Part shown: positions 24,601-39,500 of the stretch, piece by piece | Layout of the letters: each line of letters begins with the position of its first letter | Position numbering within the stretch: the stretch's first letter is position 1 | Source: a virus | Taxonomy: Duplodnaviria; Caudoviricetes | Direction: 5' to 3' (one strand) | Virus record (IMG/VR): IMGVR_UViG_3300013947_000026 | Span: 1-64,000 of that record | DNA length: 64,000 bases | The notes under the pieces: generated by a model | What the model saw: only the letters and a program-made list of their open reading frames with translations | Databases searched by the model: none | Told to the model about the DNA's origin: nothing | Made by a program: the position numbers and the translations under genes

Positions 24601-26312
24601 GTGCGCTATTATCAATGAAGAATGATTGTGCAAATATGTTATTTAATAGCATTTTAGGAGCACATTCTTACTATAAGAACGTTAATAATAGTTTATAGGA
24701 ATTTAATTCTTTATCAAGCTATTATGATGTTAATATAAATAGTATACCTGGAACAGTATTGTGTAATATAAGAAAAACAGTAACTCCATATGATGGGTGT
24801 ACAGAAAAATCAATAACTTCTAGTACTTATAGATCGGATGGGTAGTTCTTTACAAATTCTGGAGAATGGAATGCTGTATTTGATGGCGATACATATATAT
24901 CCGTATTAGACTATACTTCAATGCATAAAGCTACATGCAATTTCTTAAAAACATCAGATTCGTTAGATAGTAGAGATTATAGTGATTATAGATCTCCATC
25001 AATGATGCTTGGATACGCAATACCTGTAGAGTCTAATATTAACTGTAGATTTGCTTATGGTTACGAATTCTCTAAGAATTCATCTAACGAAGGAGCTTCG
25101 ATGATTCAGGTAGAGCCTGCCAATGTTAATAACATGTATACTCAAACATAGCCAGAGTATGTATTCAATACAGCTTACGCTGCAGAAAATACAAGTAGAA
25201 TACACTCAGCGTTTGATTCTACTAACATAGAAGACTTCAATAAAGATGTAGACTATATGTGTAGATATTCTATGCTAAAAGAAGATAACGAGCACATTGA
25301 TAGCTGGACTAAATTCTAGAGTTCAAATTATCTTGATGTTGATAGTAAGTATGGCAAAATAACAGGATTAAGAACATATAAACAATGGCTTGTATTTTGG
25401 CAATAGGTTGCTACAGGTTTGTTCTCAGTTAATGAAAGAGCTGTTACAGATAGCACAAATGGGACTTAGTTAATATTAGGCACAGGTGGAATACTTAGTA
25501 GGTATGACTATTTAGATTAGTCTACAGGAATGCATAATGATGAATTATGCGATACGTAGTCTAGTTCTACATTATATTGGTTTGATCATCATAACCAAGA
25601 ACTTAGGTCGTTCGACGGCAATGGCGTGTACCCGTTAAGTAAAGTATCAAGAGCACAGAATATCTTATATAAATATTAGGACGATAACAGTAAGCCATTA
25701 CTATTCTTTGACAATAAAAACAACGAGGTTATTTCAAAGGTTATTGGAGAAGAATCTATTGCATACAGCGAATCTTTAAAGGCGTTCCCATCTATATATA
25801 CAATTCCATTCGATGGAGTTATACAATTTAGTAACAAAATATTGTTTATTAGGAATATTAATGGGGATATAAAAATAGCATAGTGGGACGTATATAATAA
25901 ATATACCACATCATGGGAAGAATAGATATTGCCTACATATTTAAAATATGTTGTCAATAATTCTCCTGTAATTACAAAAGTGTTTGATAATTAGGAAATA
26001 ATAACTCCGCAAGATGAATTTAAATACATAGATATACAAGATGATAAAAAAGACAGAGATTCTTATTTTGGATTATCGAAACAGTATAAATGGTATACAG
26101 ATTCTGGCATGAGAGCTGAAGATAACTTACATGGCAAAATAACAATAAGAGAGCATAATTATAGGTATGCGATACCTAGAGGTAATAGGGCTAATGCATA
26201 CGGCTCAAGAATGAGGGGTAAATATCTTGTATGTGAAATGTAGGATAACAAACCTAATACAAATGTAGCCATATAGTATGTATTAACAAAATTTAGATCA
26301 TCATGGATTTAA
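21663..26312 (+). CDS. Tail stabilisation (muzzle) protein, P22 gp10-like, ~1550 aa
   Basis: Six track ORFs in one frame linked by TAG. NSFVTGIDSD, SLRRNELYRYGI, IDSWTKF, YGKITGL, RMRGKYL. Confidence 0.85.
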
Positions 26313-27175
26313 GATAGAGAAAAAGGCTAAACAATGCGCCCAAGTTTGATACCGGAAAGCAATCTTTGCAAGATGCTACAAAAAACATTGGTGGTGATAT
26401 AACTGGCATTGAGACATATAGGAATGGATTAACTAGTAGGCCGTTACCTTATGAAGTAAATAATATTAAAACTCCAGGTGCACAAGCAACAGTTAATAAT
26501 AACGCAATAGCTGGTAATGTAATAAGCTATGCAGGCAACACTATAGGAAAGGCGTTTGATTAGAGCAATAAATTTTCTAACAACGCATCCCAATAGCTTA
26601 ATTCTGTTTCTGATTTAGCTTCAAAAATACCAGGTGCATATGGGTAGTTAGCAAGCGGAGTATTTAAATTGGCGTCAAATTATTCTGATATGGCAAATTA
26701 TAGTCATAGCGGTTAGGAGATGATGAATTAGTCTGGTACAACAGAAAGGGTAATAAACGGTATTGGGTATACTGAGCAAAATGTTGTTGATACAAAATCG
26801 GCATACAATGACGTTTCTAAAACTGGAATAAATAATACTATATCAAGTGTTGGTACCGGAGCTGCAACAGGAGCTGCACTAGGATCAATAATACCTGGAC
26901 TAGGAACTGTAGCAGGTGGCATAATAGGAGGAGTAATAGGTGGTATTGGAAGTTTGTTTGGATCGTCTAAAGCTAGAAGAAGATAGAATAGAATTGGAAG
27001 AAATGCTATTCTACAAACTGATGCTATAAACTCTGCCAATATGGCTTCAGCTGATACACAAGGATTGGAAAATAACTATTACGCTAGGAACTACGACACC
27101 ACAGGTGGAGTTTTATATGCAAATAGAGGTAAAGATTTAAAATTAAGAAAACGAATTAATAGGGCTAGAAAATAA
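26303..27175 (+). CDS. Ejection/cargo protein with glycine-zipper TM hairpin
   Basis: GTGAATGAALGSIIPGLGTVAGGIIGGVIGGIGSLFG; code 15 ORF. Confidence 0.75.
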
Positions 27176-28752
27176 TGAAATAGAAAGTTTGGACACCAAA
27201 TGGCTATTAGGTTGGTCCAACTAATAGTATGGTAGGCAAAGGTGAGTCTATAATAGACTATACAAATGGAACCGGAACTCTTGTAACTAAAGGGAAGGTT
27301 GGGGTAGATAATCAACCTAGCTCTGTTAGACAAGATGATAGTAACGTTATAGCTGGGAATGATATAGATTGGACTAATGGAGTTAAGTTCTCTTAGCAAA
27401 TAGCTCCTTTAACAGCTAGATTATAGACGTATAATAATATAGAAAAGAAAATGAATAAAAAGCCAGAAATGAGCTCGTTGTCAAAGCAAACAATGCAATT
27501 GCAAAAAGCCCAATTAGAGCGCGCTAAAGCCCCTATTTTACAGGCTATGAAGAATATTACAGACAGACAAGAGAAATAGCATTAGATCGAAGACTATACA
27601 GCTTAGTTCAAAGCTAATTGTGGTAAAGATAAATTCGCTGATGGCAAGAACGCATGGGATAGCATTCAGCAGTCATTTGGTGATTGGACAAGAGCTGGCA
27701 AAGGTAAAGTGTCTAATGCGGCACTCGATATGGGATATATGGCTCCAGCTTTACTTGAAAAGCAAATGCTTAATCATTGGATGAAAGAAAATCCATTGAT
27801 GCCAAATATTTATGCCTCTAATAGATACGGGCAGTCTGCTTTATAGACTTTAAATAGATTAAGAGTAAACCCATATAATCAGTTGTAGACTATTAATCAA
27901 AATGACAGATCTGCTTATTATAGAATGTAGCAAGATGGCGGATACACTGGGGGATAGAGATAGGCTAGCAGAGTAGCGCTTGCTTTAGGTAATGCTAGAA
28001 ATGTAGCAGATGTACTAAATAATACTGATTTACAAAATAATAAATATAGGCAAGATTGGGCTACTGCTGCATTAGCTGAAGGTAATCAAGATGCTACTAG
28101 GAGACAAGCGGCTAACCAATATGCATGGGAAGCTTACAACAGAGCTCATGGTGCTAAGATTAAAGGTATTGAAACACACTTGGCTAATCTTGGACTTATA
28201 GGTCAAAAATGGCTGTCTCAGCGTATTAAGAACAAGCAATATGGAGACATCCTCGATATGTATCAATAGGATATAGATAATAAGAATGCTGCATTGAAAG
28301 CTATTTATGGTATCGGTATAGATAAAGATGGTAATATAGGAAGCGCAGTCAGCTAGAGATAGCCTAAAACTGGTATGAACCCAGACGCTATACCTGGTAC
28401 AAGATCAGTAAACAAAACAACATTAAGTGATTCAGTTAGTAGTATCGCACCAGGCTGGACTCCTGGAGGATACAGATTTGTATCACCAAACTAGCAATAT
28501 GCCATGAATAAAGCTGTTCAAAATAACCAAAAAACATTAGCTGCTGCAAGAAATAAAGAGGCATTTGATAGATTAATGTATGGAGACTATGGGTCTGGTA
28601 GAATTAATTTTAATAACACATTAAAAGGTTCTTTATATACAAATAAGTCGTATTTAAATAGCTTACTTCCATTTGAGTTGTGGGCAGGACCTGATGGGGA
28701 ATTTGCTCCTATGTAGCAATATCCTTTAACTTGGGGAGATTATGTGTCATGA
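27175..28752 (+). CDS. Ejection/cargo protein
   Basis: TAATG overlap, code 15 ORF, Q/N/A-rich helical composition, TGA 28750-28752. Confidence 0.7.
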
Positions 28753-30554
28753 TAGGAATGTATGATGAACCAGTGGCGGTCCCTATAATAGACCTACTGG
28801 ATAGCAATATGATGTCGTAGTACATCAGTGCCGCAAGAGAACAATACAATTAGGCTGTATAGGAATAGAAAGACTTTGCTAAAGAGTTTGGAGAACTATA
28901 CGGACCTAACGCAAATGTAAATAAAGCATATTATGATGCTACTATAGGTGCAGTTAATCAAGGTTTAAATTATCTGTACTAGAATGGTATTGACCCTCTT
29001 AGATCAGCTGAAGGTAGAGCGTATATAGCCAAGATTATCAGAGAGCGACCTTATGATTAGATCGCAAATCTAAAGGCTTAGAATGACGCTATGAAGACAT
29101 ATTAGAGATATAGAGCTGAAGCAATGCGTAATGGTACGTATGATCCAGATTATGAGAAGTTTTCTCTAGGTGGTAAGACGCTTGAAACATGGGATCCATC
29201 TAAAGATGGCATGTGGACAAGGGAGGCTCCATCTAAGTATTCTAGCCTAAAAGATTGGACTAGCAATTTGTTTGATAATATGTAGCTTGAATACGATCCA
29301 GAACTTACAAAACAAGTTGGTGGTATGTATCAAGTGTATTCTAAATCTCCAAAAAAGATGCAATAGATTCTCGATGCTAACATGAAGGATATGGTCAAAT
29401 CAGACCTTGGTAGATATTATCTTAATATGTATGGAGGTGACCTAAATGCTCTAAAAGCTGATATCATTAACCGTAATAGAGAATATACACTGATTGATAG
29501 GCGGCCGGATCAGGTGCAAATACATCTCAACGATCAGCAATTCCAGGCTGCAGAGAATGCTAAGAACAGAGCTTTCTAGAAAGAGCAGGCCGAACGGGAG
29601 CATGAGTGGAGAATGGAAGAAAATGAGGCTAAGGAATTGTATAAATCGGAATATGGTGCTGGTGGATCTGGAAGATCCGAAGGAAGTAAAGGAGGAGAAT
29701 ATAGTCTTGTTGGTGATGTTTTAAATCAAGCTTAGTCTACAATGTAGAACTATTTTGCTACGCATACTTTTGGCGAAAAAAATTATGGAAACAATCTTGG
29801 GTATTTAACAAGGGCTCAAGGTAAAGCTTTCTCTAATAAGAGCTTTAATTTAAATGATGTATCATTTGATTTACCTAGAGGCGGATATTCTGCATGGACA
29901 GGAGTACAAAAGAGTAAGCTTAACCCAACATTTGGATATGCATACAATGCTAATGAAATTAAAGGTAAGATTCTTACAGAAGGCGAGTTAAGAACCAAAG
30001 CTTCTTCTATTACAACCGGAAAGACAATATACAAAACATACACCGATAAGCTATACAAGAAAAATAATATACTTGGTGTGACTCCAGATGAATCTTCTAG
30101 AAATGGCATAGCTGTTGTTGGTAGAGACGGAAGAATGCATGTATATCAAAAGGTTACAGTATATACTACAGATGGTACATCAAGAGATACAAGCGGGAAT
30201 AAATATAAATTATTAAATGGTAAGTGGACAAATATTTCTACAGGAAAAGAAATTGATAGTACATCTGATGATGGAAAGGCATTAATAAAATCTTTAAAAC
30301 AACAAAGAGGCCATTACTCTGCTTATCAAGAACTACCAGCTGGAGATGTATCGTTTTCTAAGAAAAATATACTTATTTCAAAAGATAAAAATGGCAAGAC
30401 AGTAAGAAAGGTATTAAATCCTGGCAAAAATATACCTGGAACAGAGTGGTATGATAATGGAGGAAACGTTACGATAGATAATTATGATGTTTCTACACAT
30501 TCATCAAAGTGGACAAATATAAATAAGAGTTATAATTAGTATTATAAAAACTAA
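28749..30554 (+). CDS. Ejection/cargo protein
   Basis: ATGA overlap; track ORFs 29382 and 30078 are in the same frame; TAA 30552-30554. Confidence 0.7.
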
Positions 30555-30559
30555 TAATT

Positions 30560-33500
30560 ATGGCAAATAAAACAAAGAACGTAAGTCCTAATATAATCCC
30601 TTGGGGATCAGAAGGCAGTACTTATGACCCTATTAGATACATAAGACGTGATAACAGCACGCCGTACAGTAGGGTAACAAATAAATTTAGAAGCAATTTA
30701 GCTAGATATCAGAGTACTTCTCCAACATAGCATATTGTTAACAAAGGATACAAAGATTATGTGAATGTATCTAAATCGCTTAACAGAGAAGATTAGGAAA
30801 CTAGAAACTTGTCAGATACATATGACAAGATGAAGAGTGCAAAAGCTGTAAATGATGAGCTTGCTATGAAGCAACCTTTATTTAGACCGCAAAATCCAGG
30901 ATTTGATTTTACAGCTATTGGAAAAGAGACTCTTGGAGATTTGTTTAGCTCTACAGATTAGGTAAGAGCTAGCAATGCTTCTGGTAAGGTAATGCTAAAC
31001 AAGGAAACGTCAGCGACTGTTGATTTAGCTAAAAAGAACAAAGAGTTAAAGTTATAGAGATTACAACTTTAGCAACAATTGCAAGATTATTCTAATAATA
31101 GAAATAGTTTATCTAATCAAGACAAGTAGAATATTGTTAGAATAAATAATTAGATCAAACAACTTGATTGGCAGATTAAAAACGGCGAGGTGTATGAGCA
31201 AAGAGCTGAATAGCTCCGAGCTCAACACGATATGGATAATGTATGGGATTCAGTAAAGGAGGGATTGGCTGGAGCAGGAGGATTCCTTTTAGATGTACTT
31301 GGAAAAGCTGGAGCTTATCTTAATACATCTAGTGCAAATGGCGTACATAGTAGCCAAGACTATAAAACGCTTAAGATGAATGATAAAGAAAAATTTGCTT
31401 AGGCTGCACATTAGTATATTTATGACAAGAATATAGATAACAATAAAAAGAAATTTTAGGGGTTACCTTTAAAGGATTCTCTTACAGCACAAATTGATGA
31501 CTATACAGACTTCTAGAACCAACTTAACGCTGAAATAAAAGGCGCACAGGATGACTACGAGAAATATGTAAGATATAGGCAAGCCGACGAGAAGTGGTTC
31601 CCATTAAGCGATGATTATAATAAAAAGAAACAAAGGTATGCTAATGCTAGTATATTTTCTCCTGAATATTGGTAGTATGAGATGCCTTCCCAAATAGCAG
31701 CATCAAATGCTTCTACGGCCGGTAGAATAGCTATGGCTATAAATACAGGAGCTGCTATTGGTGGTGCATTTTTAGGTCCAAAAGGGTAGGCTATTTTAAA
31801 CGTTGGCTCGTAGATTGCTACAACAGCAACTGGTCTTGACATAGAAAACATGAAGTTTGAAAATAGAGGAGAGGTTAGTGATGCTAATGTAGATAAACTC
31901 AAATCAAATCTTATGTCTGGTGGAAAGAAATAGTATCAAGATATAATAAAAGATTTAAGAGAAAAAGCTAAACAGGTATATCCAAAACTAAATATAAATC
32001 CAGATACAGAAAGTGACGACGAAATACTTCGTAGTGCATTGGCTGGTATTATAACATCAAATCATCCAGAATATAGAAAAGCAGAACTTAGAGCCCTTGC
32101 TGGAAGTAATGCGTTGTTTTAGAAGGATAATATAACAACTGGCTCTGATCTCATGGTATAGAAAGGACTTTAGGTTGGTATATTTGGAAGAGAATTATAT
32201 AGAGCAGGAAAGGGAACAGTAAACTGGATTGCTAATAACACAGTAAAGCGTACAGTTAATTCTGCAACCGGATCTATAGAACATACAGTTGAAGGAGCTG
32301 CTACAAATGCTACAGCAGAAGCTGCTAGAGATGCTGTAAACGGAAGTAAATACGCTACACTTAGAAAAGAATTTACAGATAGTTTTAAGAGTGGATTTGG
32401 ATTTGGTGAAGAAACAGCTACGGTGCTCGGTCATGGAATGGCAGGACAATATGTTTATGGAACCATGACTGGTATTGGAAAAGCTGTGTTAGACCAAGCT
32501 AAAAAAGCATTACCAACTAGAGGCTAGGCATTTATCAGATTAGCTATGCATAGAGCTGGACAATATTATCAAGATATTCTAGATAAGATCCCTCTTACTG
32601 CAAGACGGCTATCTGCGTATGGCTTAAAAATGGGTAAAGTATGGTCTATTTCTTCAGCATCAGAGGCCGCTGAGGAAGCTAGACAATACGTTAATGCAGA
32701 ATAGGCTAAAAGATAGTAGATGGGACTTGGAGAACTCCCTAGTCTTGGTAGTCTGTTTGCTAATGAATATAGCGCAGGATCTAGAACATAGGCTGCCATA
32801 TTAGCTGAACTAGGTATTGGTAATAGCGATCTTCTTGATAATGAAGAGTTCTGGCAAAATTATAAAGGAGGATTTGCCCTTGGTGGTGGTCATACCGTTG
32901 TAATGAGAGCTGCCTCAGAAATACCTGGTCTTGTGCGTTAGATATCAGCAGATTAGGCAATACTTAATGCTGGTATTACTAATCGAGTAATGATGCAGAA
33001 CGAACGTGCTTAGGGCTAGCTATTTGCTAGAGAAGCTATGAAGGGGAGATCTAACATGGAGTAGATCTTGAATACTATGCAATAGCTTAAACATGAAGAT
33101 GCTAGAAGAAAAGAGCATACATACTCTAGTGATGAATGGGACGCATCAATAAAGGCAGCTCAAGATATCATGCGAATGACGTTAAGCCCTACTACTAGAG
33201 CAATAATGGAGAAGCATGGAATACAGTATGGTACTGATAAGTATGCAGCCGCTGTAGCATCAGTGTATCAAACTGGTTAGAATTCTGACGAGAATAGAGA
33301 ATAGAGACAGAAAGCGATAGATGAATATAACCAGATAATCCATTCTGTACAGTTTAACCAGGCAATTGATGAAGAGCTGAGAAGAAGATAGAGTGGATCA
33401 TCTATAGAAAGTCTTGCGCAACAAAGAGCTGACAAAGCTAGAAAAGAAGCTGAACAAAACGCTCAATCCCTAGAAGAGCTTGGACAGGAAGTTGATCTTA

Positions 33501-36500
33501 TATCTGCCCAATCTGAATAGGATAAACTTAATAGAATGGCTGGCCCAACAGGAATTAGTAATGTTGAAGACTTAAGGCAGAGAACTATTCTTGTTGGTCA
33601 ACTTAGAGGTTTACTTAAGCTTAGGGCAGATTGTAAGACATCTGATGGGTTCTTTAATATGCTTAGAGATAAATTTGGTTTGCATACAATAAGAGAAGAC
33701 GCTGCTAAAATTCATAAGTCGATTGATAGTGATATAAAGATTATTTCTCAAAGATTGTCTGAACTGTCAGGTATAAACTTAGAAGGACTTAACGATGCTC
33801 AAGTTATGGATAAACTTGACGCTATGGGTGCATTAGAACAATTCTCAGATGACATAGAGGAAAATACGAGGGTAAGAGCATTACTTAATGCTGACGCAAA
33901 GCTTATAGCAGATAGATAGAAAATGTTCTCAGATGGGCTTAAAAATGAAGGCAAAGAAAAGACTAAGTTTAGTAAATTCATTGATGATGTTATGGCTACA
34001 ACTGAGCGCAATAAAGCAATCGACTGGGCTTTGGCTGATGCAATCAATGACCCTTATGGAGAAAAATGGAATTCAGATAATACTTCTACAGCTGAAATAA
34101 ATACAGAACATAAAGACACTTCGTCTCACGTAGAATCTCTTATAAAGCAAGAAAATAAAGTATATACACCAGATAATAGTTACTAGGTAGAAAATAATGT
34201 TTTTGAAAACTCAGATAGACCTTATGTTCATGACGATCTTTAGCTTAATATAAAAGAAGACAAACTTGGTTCTGTAAGTAAATTAAAGAACAAAATAGAC
34301 GATATGATTCTTAGAGGTAAAGGCTATGATAAAATAAATAGATGGCTACAATCTTCTAAGAGATATAAGAATATTGTGTCTAGAGATGATAATAATGCTA
34401 GGATTATCGAGAATTATATTAATGATTAGCTTTTAAATGCCGGCCTTGAACCAAATAGAGCCCTTGTAGAACAGTCTAAATCAGAAAACGAATTAACTGA
34501 TTCTTTTGAAAGACTTAATAATCTTTATTTACAAAAGCACGAGAAGAATGAGAGAAGAGCTAAGATCGAGGCTAAAAAGAGACTCCTTAAATCAAAAATG
34601 AAAGCTGCTATTAAAGAATGGGCTAGATCTGGTGAAGCTTATTCTGGTATAAGCCCTAAGTTTTTAACAACTCTTGCTAAACTTGTGGCATACGGTACAC
34701 AGCAAGGATATTATTCATTTAAAACATTCCTTGATGACATAAAAGATATGCCATTAGATACTATGAATATTCCAGATTTAAGTGGAATGCTATCATATGT
34801 ATATCTTAGTAAATCTAAAGAATAGGTTGGTACTATTTCCGAAAATCTTGATTCTGAAGAGAATGTTCTTAATATTGGTAGTGTTCAAGATTATCTTAAA
34901 AATAATTCAAAGGACGAATTAGGCGAGCTAAGATAGAATGTAAACAATCTTATTGCACAAGTAAAATAGAATCTTTCAAATATAGATAATATAGAGTCTG
35001 CTATACAGAAAATCGCAAACCAATCTTTAACACCGTTCGATAAAACTAATATAACAGAATATATATCAAATATAGACTAGATTACTAGTGAAGATTAGTT
35101 AAGAAGTGCTATAAACGAACTTGGGAATATAATTCAGAATACAAATTAGGTATACAACGATCTTACGGATTAGCTGAATAATATAAATAATGAAAAAGAA
35201 ACTACTAAAGATCCGCTTGTCTCCGACTATAACGATCTGCCAAAAACGGTTGCTTAGTTAGTTCTTGAGCTAGAGGATGCATGCCGTACACTTGATGCGA
35301 TTGCAAGTACTATAGCTGATGTAAAACCAACAACACAGCCAGAAAGAGATTCTATAAACGATTTATCAATATAGTTAATGAGGGCAGAAATAGCTCTTGA
35401 TAATTTATTGCAAGACAATGAAGCTTCTGCTATAAACGTTTCATAGGAAAGAGATTTAATAGATAATGTTATTATGAAATTTAATAACAATAAATCTATC
35501 TGGAGTGATTCAAGCGAGGAAATTCTTGATTGGTGGTTTACTAAATATGCGAAAGATAATGTAATCCTGCCAAGGGATAGTAGAAATACTATTACGAATG
35601 GAAGCAATAACCTTACTCTTGATTATAATTAGAAGATAACCGATTATATGAGATTGTATGGAAATAAATTCTAGTAGAACCTTGGTGAAGTTGAATCTGA
35701 TTGGTATTGGAGATTGCTTAAAAACTATTTTGGAACGCTTCTTAATAATGCACAAGATTACATTGAATAGAATCCAGAGAACCCTATGAATCCAGTTCTT
35801 TAGGATAATATTAATAGAGGTAGATTACTTATATCTGGATTTGCTAACAAATACGGCAAACAGCTAGACGACTCTTATATGGACACTGATTCTTCTATAA
35901 TTAGAGAAGCCGAAGAACTTAATAAACAAGAGTTTTTATGGTACGAGTCAGGTGGAGATAACTATATTTCTGGGCAAGGTGTTGGCACAATATTGCATAG
36001 ACCTGGCGTAAAAGCTATGCAGGAAAACAAAACATATGTAGAATGGAGCAATTAGCCAGATTTTATTACTAACGGTAAATTTGAAATTATTTTCAAAAAT
36101 GCTACGGAGTATAGCAATAGACCATATTTAAGAATTACGTACAAAGGCTAGTCTATAGAACTTCATATATATGAAGGAGGAGACGAAAGTAGGTTATCTT
36201 ATCAGTAGCATCTTGTAAATCTATGGAAATTCTGCCAGAAGCATAAAAACTATTCATTAAGAGTTATTCCTACAAGAACAAACGGATCTCTTATTTATGA
36301 TCCAGCTTTTGTTGGGTATGATGAAAACTCGGCAAATATAGAAGGATTACATTCTGTCGTAGACAATATAATGAGCCTTGATGATACTTATTCAATTGAC
36401 CTTAAAAACAAGTAGATTGGTATTGTAAAACAAGATAATGCTGGGTAGATGAATGTAATGAGCCTTGATGGATTGAATAGCCCAATACATACGTTAAATA

Positions 36501-39500
36501 GTGCAAGAGTTGGTACATAGAATACAATGGTTGGGTCTACAGTTTATTTATGGCATACAAACTTTGATGAGAAGAAGGGTAATCAAACAACTATACCTGT
36601 AATATTATATTAGTCTAAACTGTCACAAACTCAAGCAGATTCGCTTGTAGATTTATTAAGAGCGTATGCTTAGGGGCAAACAAATTATAATGGGTATAAT
36701 ACATACGATCTTATCAAAATGCTTGTGCATGTTAACGAAAATAATAAGCCAAACTACAAATCAAATCAAACTAGAACTATTACATTCTCGTCTAACAAGC
36801 AAATAATTATAGGATTACCATAGTATGATGACAATGGACATCATATAGACGGAACTGGTGAAGTTTACGATCTTACTAGCGAACACGATCTAGAAAGACT
36901 TAAAGATGATTTAAGAACTGTAGGTGTAGCTTTTGAAAAAACAATGCTTAGTCAGCAGCTAAACTTTACAAATAATTCTGTAATTAATAATGTAAAGCAC
37001 TACTTTGAAGATAATTCTAATGTTAATACATTTGTTGCACCTAATGGGCTTGAGTTTAATAGAGACGATTTCTTTGACGAAAATGGCAACGAAAGAAAAA
37101 ATAGCACATATGCCGGCTACTTAATGCGCCATCAATATACACAAACATCCGTAATAGGACAGAATTATACAGCTACTTATTTCAGTGGGCCATATTTGGT
37201 TCCTAACACAAATCAACAGGATCATATAGATAACACAATTACCGAGTAGCAAAAAGAAGAATCTATTTCAATGCCAAGATTAAACTCTCTAAAAGAACTT
37301 TTAAGACGCTCTAGAGGTCTTAGATTATAGGTTGAATCTAATAAACTTAGAGATATAACAGAAGGCGATAGAGAGCAAATGGATGCGTATTTAAAGCGTG
37401 TTATAGGTGATAATAATTACGAGATAGGAAAGCAGCTTAATGATGACGTGCCAGCAAATATGGCTCTCGCTGGTAAATGTATGACAGATATGGTATATAT
37501 CGGTAACAGAGTTGTAGATGGCGTACAATATCACGAAGCATTTCATAGGGTGTTAGAGTTATTATTAAGACCGTATGAGAGACAAAAGATTTACGATTGG
37601 TACAAGAAAAGAGAAGGTAACGATAATATGTCTGATACAGAAATCGCAGAAGGTTTAGCTAATCTGTATATGGATGCACAAAACAACTACGATGATAATG
37701 AGTTTTCCGACAATAAAGTAATAGCTCTTTTCCAAAAGATAAAAGCCGGAGTTCAATTTGCTAGAGATCTTGGAAATATTAGACTTACTCTTTTATCTGC
37801 CGTAATGGCTACAGGGTGGTATAAAACTAAAGCTGGAAGCAAGATTCGTAAAGAAAACCTTGAACGTTTTAAAGCAAAGTTTGGAGATTCACTTCATTAC
37901 GATGTCTATAATCAAAAGACAGGAATGAAACATAGTTTTGAGAATATCGTAAATAATGAGTAGCTTAATGACTGTGTTGAAACTATTGCTTTTTACATAG
38001 TTGAAAAAGCACTTGAAGAGGGCAGAGTTGATGCTGTTGGAAACAATATTAGCGAATTAACTATTACTGGTACAAATATTAAAAAGCTTATTGGTGGAGA
38101 CGTAATGAAGTAGCTTATGGGTGAAGATCCTGATATTCCTGTACCAGAAGCTCAAGCTAAAGCATTTTAGGAAATCTTTAAGCAAGGCAAAGAAGAGCTT
38201 ATAACGGATAAAAATGGCGTAGCTGTTGGTAAAAAGATATATTACCCCAACTTTGCAGTTATAGCGGATAGAGTGTATGCTAAGATTGCTAACATAAGTA
38301 AAGAGGGTGTTGTTAGAAATACAAATGACGAAGATATGTAGGAGCAGCTTGAAGCTGGATCTGCTGGCGCTTATATGGATTATGTTGGCAAAGAATCTTA
38401 CGAAATGAGTAAGCTTCAAAGTATATCTCAAAAAGCTAAATTCTTCTTTGGCACTGTACCTTACGTCAAGTGGGCTAATACAAGTAACCATGACGAAGGT
38501 GTTGTTCTAGATACATCTCATAGTTTGTTTGGAGACCCTAGATTTATGCCTTAGACTGAAGTATTTAGTAAGATGTTTGAGCAGTTACATAATGTAAAAA
38601 CAGCACAAGAGCTCCATGATGAATTAGCTAGATTATCTTCTCAGGATCCAATGTTCTTCTACGTTTATTCTACATTCAATGAGTACTTTTAGGCTCAATA
38701 TAAAAATTATGATAAAACTACTGGTAAAGGCATAAATTACGACGCCGAAGCCATTGTCACATAGGTATTTCAAGCTCTAGTCGGATAGAAATATAACTTT
38801 ATGATGACAAGATCATCTACAGATAGAGATGGTAGAGTTAGTATAAGAATGTCTAACTTATCCGTTGATAGAGATACACTTAAATTCTCATAGGATTGGT
38901 CTAAGAGATTAGCTAATGGCGTTACAGGTGTAGTATCAACAGTGAGAGATCAACAAGGAAGGATATTGTTTAATAGAGATAAAAGAGGTGTTGTTTACAA
39001 TGCTCCTGGAAACGATATTTTTAAACGCACTTCTAACTGGATTAAAGACATTTGGACGCAAGCTAATGCTGGTAACGATATAAAAATAGGTAATAATACT
39101 TATGATATTACAAGCCCTGCTTAGTTATCAGAAGTTATAGACAAGCTTACTATTACGCTTAATAAAATAGGTATACAAATTGATAGCGATACTATTAATT
39201 ACATGCTAATTAATAAGTATGGGGAGTTTAGTGCTGATTCATTCAGATAGATGCTAAACGAAACAACGCTTGTAAGTTTAAGTAAGTTTTTAACACTCCT
39301 TGATTCTGTAATAGGAAATGCCGGATAGATAAATGTAGATCTTGGTACTCTATATAACAAAGATTCCTTTGTGAACGAACTTGCCAAATATCAATCAATG
39401 AATAATAAGGTTAAGAATGAAATGATGAATCTCTTAACCAATAATAATAAAGCTTACACTTAGGGCGAGAACAATACAGTGTCAGATATATTAGCTGATA

